From an uncultured Verrucomicrobiota bacterium (GTDB lineage: Bacteria > Verrucomicrobiota > Kiritimatiellia > CAIQIC01 > Lenti-01), in the NCBI GenBank assembly GCA_964647595.1, contig CAZYGH010000002.1, positions 3,599 to 67,598 on the forward strand: 64,000 bases of DNA. Reading direction: 5' to 3'. Below, one piece after another: positions 59,294 to 64,000 of this stretch. The position numbers and the translations under genes were made by a program. The notes under the pieces were generated by a model. The model had not been told where the DNA came from and did not search any database. It saw only the letters and a list, made by a program, of their open reading frames with translations. The stretch's first letter is position 1, and the number at the start of each line of letters is the position of its first letter.

Positions 59294-60388
59294 ATGAAAA
59301 TTAAAGTCAATAAAGAGGCCATCATCGATTGCCTTCAGAAGGTTCAATCCGTTATCAATCCACGGAATGCCCTGCCGGTGCTTTCGAATATTTTGTTTAA
59401 GGCGGAGAATGGAAAGTTGGAGCTGACCGCGACCGATATGTCCATGACGGTTCGTGCCACTCTGGATGCCGAAGTGATCGAGCCTGGGTCTACGACACTA
59501 CCAGCCAAGCGAATTTTTGGTGTGTTCCGCGAATTGAGCGTGAGCGAAGCCGAGATGGAGGTCAACGAGGCCAATATCGCCTTTATTCATGCGGGCAGCG
59601 CGTATTTTCGAATTCATGGTATTTCCGAAGCGGATTATCCGAGCATGCCGGAAATGGAAGATGCCAAAGTGTATTCGTTGGATCAGTCCGCGTTTCGCAA
59701 CATGCTGAAGTTGACCTCGTATGCGGCCTCCACGGATGCGAATCGGCCGCTTCTCAATGGTGTCTTGCTTAGCTTCAAGGGCGGCAAGTTGAGCGTGGTG
59801 GCCACGGATAGCCGTCGGCTTGCGCTGGTCGAGCATGAGGTGGAATTTCCTGTGGATGCAGGAATGGATTTGATTGTTCCTCTCAAAACGGTGGATGAAT
59901 TGATTCGCACGCTGGGTGATATGGGCGGAATGAAAATTTTAGCCACGCCCAAGCAGATTGCCTTTGAGTTCGATGGCGTCTTGATCATTTCCAAACTGGT
60001 GGAAGGAAACTATCCCAATTTCCGACAGGTGATTCCGCAGGCCACAGGCGAACGGGTGGCGATGGAACGCGAAGCGTTGTTGACGGCCGTACGTCGCACG
60101 TCCCAATTGGTGAGCGATTCGGTTTCGGGTGTGAAGTTGACCTTTACCCAAAACCGCTTGGAAATTTTGGCTCAAGCCGCCGAGATTGGTGAAGGCCGCG
60201 AAACGATGGATGTGAAGTACAACGGGCCGGACATTAGCATTTCCTTCAATCCGGCCTTTGTGATGGACCCTTTGAAAACGTTGACGACGGACGAGGTGTT
60301 TCTGGATTTGTTGGATGACACCAGTCCGGGTGTAATGCGTTCGACCATTAGTTTTGTCTATGTGTTGATGCCGATTCGGGTCACCTGA
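59294..60388 (+). CDS. dnaN: DNA polymerase III beta sliding clamp
   Basis: MKIKVNKEAIIDCLQKVQ...LPVLSNILF...LELTATDM N-terminal signature, 364 aa, three-domain length. Confidence 0.9.
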   Translation: MKIKVNKEAIIDCLQKVQSVINPRNALPVLSNILFKAENGKLELTATDMSMTVRATLDAEVIEPGSTTLPAKRIFGVFRELSVSEAEMEVNEANIAFIHAGSAYFRIHGISEADYPSMPEMEDAKVYSLDQSAFRNMLKLTSYAASTDANRPLLNGVLLSFKGGKLSVVATDSRRLALVEHEVEFPVDAGMDLIVPLKTVDELIRTLGDMGGMKILATPKQIAFEFDGVLIISKLVEGNYPNFRQVIPQATGERVAMEREALLTAVRRTSQLVSDSVSGVKLTFTQNRLEILAQAAEIGEGRETMDVKYNGPDISISFNPAFVMDPLKTLTTDEVFLDLLDDTSPGVMRSTISFVYVLMPIRVT

Positions 60389-60430
60389 TTTGCGGAGAAG
60401 ACCGGGGAGGCGACGTTCCCCGAAACCTTA

Positions 60431-60462
60431 AAAGCCGTCTCCGTTCAAGAGGCGGCTTTTTG
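60431..60462 (+). terminator. Rho-independent terminator after dnaN (gccgtctc-loop-gaggcggc then TTTTT)
   Basis: 8-bp stem with 1 mismatch plus T5 run. Confidence 0.55.
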
Positions 60463-60467
60463 CAAAA

Positions 60468-60541
60468 TGGTTGCCCGACTAGGATTTGAACCTAGACAAA
60501 CAGCTCCAGAGGCTGCTGTGCTACCGTTACACCATCGGGCA
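60468..60541 (-). tRNA. tRNA-Gln (anticodon CTG)
   Basis: Reverse complement gives acceptor TGCCCGA/TCGGGCA, T-arm CTAGGTTCAAATCCTAG, anticodon loop CTCTGGA, encoded CCA. G at position 37 is atypical, so the isotype call is moderately confident. Confidence 0.7.
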
Positions 60542-60610
60542 GGAGAGACATGAAACGCGGAAGAAGGTACTTTTTTTAGAAATGAAGTCAAGCCTTGGCA
60601 TTCGTAAGGA

Positions 60611-62947
60611 GTGCGAGAGACTTCGAATGAATGGAAGATGAGCGATTTTCAAAAAGACAATGTGGCGTTGATGTGCGACATCGGGGAGCTGGTCGGGCTC
60701 TTCGATTTCGAGACGGGGCTAGACGCCTTTCTTACCAAGGCGGTTTCCACGGTGGCGTGGCATATGCGGGCTGCCGTCTGCTCCATCTATCTGTATGAGG
60801 CCGAGGCCCACGAGTTGGTGTTGCGCGCCAACCAAGGGTTGAACCCCACGCTCATCGGTCAGTTGCGGCTGAAAATTGGCGAAGGCATCACGGGAACGGC
60901 TCTGAAGGAAATGCGCCCCATTTGCGAGGCGCAGGCTACGGACAATCCGCATTTCAAATACATTCCGGGAAGCCAGGAAGAACGCTTTGTCTCCTTTTTG
61001 GCCGTTCCCATTTTGCGCAAGATGAATCCGGTGGGCGTGATTGTCACGCAGGATCCCCAGTGGAATTATTTTACGCCCAACGATATTCAGGCCCTGAAGG
61101 TCATTGCTTCGCAGTTGGCCGGTGTGATTGAAAATGCCCATCTGCTCATGCGAATTCACGGGGAGGCGGATGAGCTTTCCTCGCCGGCGATGGATACCTC
61201 GGATGCGGAATTTGCCCCCGGCACCCATTGCATTCGCGGTCTCGGTGCCTCCAGTGGAATGGGAATGGGATTTTCAACTCGTATCGGTCATTACCTGTTT
61301 CGCTCGATGGTGGAGTCCACCTGCCCACTGGGATTGACCGAGGCCGATTTCGACCGGGCTCTGTTGATGACCGAGCGGCAACTGATGGAATTGCAGCGGC
61401 GACTCGTGGATAAAATCCATGATGCCGCGTCCATGATTTTTGGTGCGCACGTTTTGATGCTCAAAGATGAGGCCTTTTCGGGCGAAATTCGTTCTAAAAT
61501 TCGCGCCGGAAAAAATCCATGGGCCGCCATTTTAGATGAAGTTCGGCGCTATGCGGACTTGTTCTCGCAAAGTCAAAACCCTGCCTTGCGCGAAAAGGTG
61601 TTGGATGTCGAGGATCTCGGACATCGATTGCTTCACAATTTATCTGCGCCGACCTCGGAGAATTCCAGCCCGGACTACACCGGGCAAATCATCATTGCGG
61701 AAGAATTGTTGCCCTCGGACATTTTGAAATTATCGGCCGAAGGCGCGGCCGGCTTGATTTTGCTGGGCGGTGGACAGCATTCGCACGTGGCGATTTTGGC
61801 CAAAGCCCTTCAGGTCCCGTTGGTGATTGTGTCGGATATGCGCCTGCTGAATCTTCCGGAAAACACGCCCATCTTGTTGGATGCCAAAGATGGGCAGATT
61901 GTGATTCGTCCCGGTCCCGAAGCCATTCAAATGATGAAAGAGCTGGTTCGCTCTTTAGCGGAATCCGAGCAAATGGCGGGGCGGGTCCGGGTGGAAACCC
62001 GGACGCAGGACAATGTCGAAATTCAATTGCTGGCGAATTTGAATTTGGTGAGCGAATTGGATGTAGCCTTGAGCGTGAAGGCCAAAGGCATCGGCTTGTA
62101 TCGCACGGAATTCCCTTTCATTGTGCGCAACACGTTCCCGACGGAAGAAGAACAATATCTGGGCTACAAGAGCGTGCTGGAGCGCATGCAAGGGCGTCCT
62201 GTTGTCTTTCGCACGCTGGACATTGGCGGCGACAAGGCTCTTTCGTATTTCCCCGTTCAGCATGAGAACAATCCGTTTTTGGGTTTGAGGGCGTTGCGCT
62301 TTTCGTTGCGAAATCCAGAAATCTTTAAGCAACAACTGCGGGCGATGCTTCGCGTGGCCTATGGAAATACGCAAACAAAAGTGATGTTCCCTCTGGTAGC
62401 TTCGTTGGACGAATTCATGGCCGCGCGGGATCTGGCGTGTATTTGTCAGCAAGAGCTGAATCGGGAAGGCGTACCCAATCGAATGCCCGAATTGGGCGTG
62501 ATGGTGGAGTTGCCTTCGGCGGCGGTGTTGGCTCCCGAGTTAGCTCGTGCGGCTGACTTTCTCAGCATTGGTAGCAATGATTTGATTCAATATTTGCTCG
62601 CGGTGGATCGAACCAATGACGAGGTGGCGGCCTTTTTCTCGCCGCATCACCCGGCGGTTCTTCGCCAGCTCAAGTGGATTGTGGAATCCGCCGAAAAGGC
62701 AGGAAAGCCTGTTTCGTTGTGCGGCAATTTGGGTGCAGATCCCCAGATGTTGCCGTTCCTGTTGGGGATTGGCTTGCGGTCGCTGAGTTTGGATCCGATG
62801 ACCCTTCCGCCGGTTCAGTCGCGGATCGAAAAAATTAATTTGTCCCATGCTCGTTGGCAGGCGCAACAAATGTTGTCGTTTGGCACGATTGAAGAGGTTG
62901 CCCGCTTTCTGAAAGAAGTGGAAGCCGCTGAATCTCGAAATGGATAG
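60611..62947 (+). CDS. ptsP: Phosphoenolpyruvate-protein phosphotransferase PtsP (EI-Ntr) with N-terminal GAF domain
   Basis: GAF region, then GGGQHSHVAILAKAL (active His), LGIGLYRTEFPF, SIGSNDLIQYLLAVDR PEP-utilising motifs. Confidence 0.85.
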   Translation: MRETSNEWKMSDFQKDNVALMCDIGELVGLFDFETGLDAFLTKAVSTVAWHMRAAVCSIYLYEAEAHELVLRANQGLNPTLIGQLRLKIGEGITGTALKEMRPICEAQATDNPHFKYIPGSQEERFVSFLAVPILRKMNPVGVIVTQDPQWNYFTPNDIQALKVIASQLAGVIENAHLLMRIHGEADELSSPAMDTSDAEFAPGTHCIRGLGASSGMGMGFSTRIGHYLFRSMVESTCPLGLTEADFDRALLMTERQLMELQRRLVDKIHDAASMIFGAHVLMLKDEAFSGEIRSKIRAGKNPWAAILDEVRRYADLFSQSQNPALREKVLDVEDLGHRLLHNLSAPTSENSSPDYTGQIIIAEELLPSDILKLSAEGAAGLILLGGGQHSHVAILAKALQVPLVIVSDMRLLNLPENTPILLDAKDGQIVIRPGPEAIQMMKELVRSLAESEQMAGRVRVETRTQDNVEIQLLANLNLVSELDVALSVKAKGIGLYRTEFPFIVRNTFPTEEEQYLGYKSVLERMQGRPVVFRTLDIGGDKALSYFPVQHENNPFLGLRALRFSLRNPEIFKQQLRAMLRVAYGNTQTKVMFPLVASLDEFMAARDLACICQQELNREGVPNRMPELGVMVELPSAAVLAPELARAADFLSIGSNDLIQYLLAVDRTNDEVAAFFSPHHPAVLRQLKWIVESAEKAGKPVSLCGNLGADPQMLPFLLGIGLRSLSLDPMTLPPVQSRIEKINLSHARWQAQQMLSFGTIEEVARFLKEVEAAESRNG

Positions 62948-62959
62948 AGAGGTGGCCGC

Positions 62960-63493
62960 ATGGATACCCTGTTCCATGGTGTACTGGGGGCGGCCCTGTG
63001 TAGCCGGACGGGACTAGCGGGAGGGCGGCGTGGTCCGGTGGATGAAAAGGGGCGCAGAACGTTTTCCGATTGGACCTTGTGGGCGGCATTTGGTTTTGGG
63101 GTACTTCCGGATTTGGCGTCGCTGGGGATTCACTTTGCTTTAGGATTGTTCAAAGGAAATGGGGTGCAGTGGCACGGCATTCCTGACTTTGTCTTTGTGC
63201 TCTACAACATCACGCACAGCGCGCTGGGAATAGCGGTTTGCATGGGACTGTTGGTGGCGTGGCGCCGCGCTCTATTTCTTCCGGCGCTGGCGTGGCCCTT
63301 GCATGTGCTGACGGATGTGCCTACGCACGGGAACGGGCATTTTCTGACACCCATTCTGTGGCCCTTTTCCGACTGGTCGTTTGTGGGTTGGAGTTGGTGG
63401 CTATTCCCCCGGCTCTTCTATGGCGGGTGGATTCTGGTGGGGTTGTTGATCGTTTTCATTTTGGTGCTACGCCTTTCGTGGAGGAAGCCATGA
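62960..63493 (+). CDS. DUF457-like membrane-bound metal-dependent hydrolase (YdjM-like)
   Basis: MDTLFHGVLG N-terminus, 4-5 TMs, conserved His residues. Confidence 0.5.
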   Translation: MDTLFHGVLGAALCSRTGLAGGRRGPVDEKGRRTFSDWTLWAAFGFGVLPDLASLGIHFALGLFKGNGVQWHGIPDFVFVLYNITHSALGIAVCMGLLVAWRRALFLPALAWPLHVLTDVPTHGNGHFLTPILWPFSDWSFVGWSWWLFPRLFYGGWILVGLLIVFILVLRLSWRKP

Positions 63494-64000
63494 CTTTTCT
63501 TGAACTGGTGAAGCGGCGTCAGAGTGTGCGTCAATATGTACCCGGCCGACCGATTCCTCGCGAGATACTAGACCGCTGCTTGGAGGCCGCACGGCTGGCG
63601 CCATCGGCGTGCAATTCGCAGCCGTGGTCGTTTGTAGTGGTGGACGATCTGGCTCAAGTCAAATCGTTGGCGGAAGACGTGTGTTGTCCACCGCCCTACG
63701 GGATGAACAAATTCACAGTGAACTCATCGGCCTTGATCGCCGTAGTGACGGAAAAAATGAAGTTGGCGGCGCGTCTGGGCGCGCAATTTCGTGGCGTGCA
63801 ATACAGCTTGGTCGATTTGGGAATTGCGTGTGAGCATCTGGTGTTACAGGCAGAAGAGGACGGCATCGGAAGTTGCTGGCTGGGCTGGTTCCATGAGAAG
63901 CGCCTCAAAAACCGTCTTCAGATACCGAAGGACAAAAAAGTCGATTTGTTGATTTGTTTGGGTTATCCCGTCGACAAAACCATTCGTCCAAAAGTTCGCC
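63490..64000 (+). CDS. Nitroreductase-family protein (3'-partial, runs off window)
   Basis: RRQSVRQYVP and LAPSACNSQPW motifs. ATG overlaps the upstream stop. Absent from the ORF track because it has no in-window stop. Confidence 0.6.
   Translation, partial: MTFLELVKRRQSVRQYVPGRPIPREILDRCLEAARLAPSACNSQPWSFVVVDDLAQVKSLAEDVCCPPPYGMNKFTVNSSALIAVVTEKMKLAARLGAQFRGVQYSLVDLGIACEHLVLQAEEDGIGSCWLGWFHEKRLKNRLQIPKDKKVDLLICLGYPVDKTIRPKVR

Noticed and set aside
1-64000. CRISPR arrays, integrases, transposases, rRNA genes
   Set aside because: No regularly spaced short repeats and no recombinase, transposase or rRNA signatures were seen on either strand. The only long repeat is the 174-bp origin duplication.

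Overview
High-GC (~60%) Gram-negative chromosomal segment, probably from a PVC-group bacterium (Verrucomicrobiota or Planctomycetota). This guess rests on secreted beta-helix/TSP3-motif proteins, prenyltransferase-repeat proteins and an FGE-family protein. The window contains the chromosomal replication origin. dnaA is at 31279..32661 and dnaN at 59294..60388. There are consensus DnaA boxes on both sides of dnaA and an AT-rich unwinding element. The forward-strand G/C bias inverts around 31-34 kb, and gene orientation polarises around that point. A 174-bp DnaA-box-plus-AT-rich segment lies just downstream of dnaA and is directly duplicated. The two copies flank a two-gene module made of a small helical protein and a Pol-beta-type nucleotidyltransferase, which looks like a toxin-antitoxin pair. 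Between this origin segment and dnaN sits a ~25 kb surface-polysaccharide locus. It encodes Wzx, a pyruvyl transferase, Wzy-like and WbsX-like proteins, two GT4 enzymes, a PglF/DegT/PglC-type diacetamido-trideoxyhexose branch, Wza, a Wzc BY-kinase with a PHP-type phosphatase, a giant O-antigen-ligase-like protein and an FGE-domain protein. Its 5' half has clearly lower GC. Left of the origin are a pgl-zwf-gnd pentose-phosphate operon, a low-GC islet carrying a BspA-type LRR surface protein, a long minus-strand operon, a secreted beta-helix protein, tRNA-Lys, mnmE-mnmG, and an ECF sigma/anti-sigma pair next to prenyltransferase-like repeat proteins. The minus-strand operon runs amino-acid ABC transporter, then NudC, then a 1720-aa tri-domain DEDDh-exonuclease/RecQ/UvrD helicase. 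Right of dnaN are tRNA-Gln, ptsP (EI-Ntr with GAF domain), a DUF457-like membrane protein and a partial nitroreductase. Coordinates derived from the ORF track are exact. Motif, repeat and tRNA coordinates were counted by hand and may be off by 1-2 nt.
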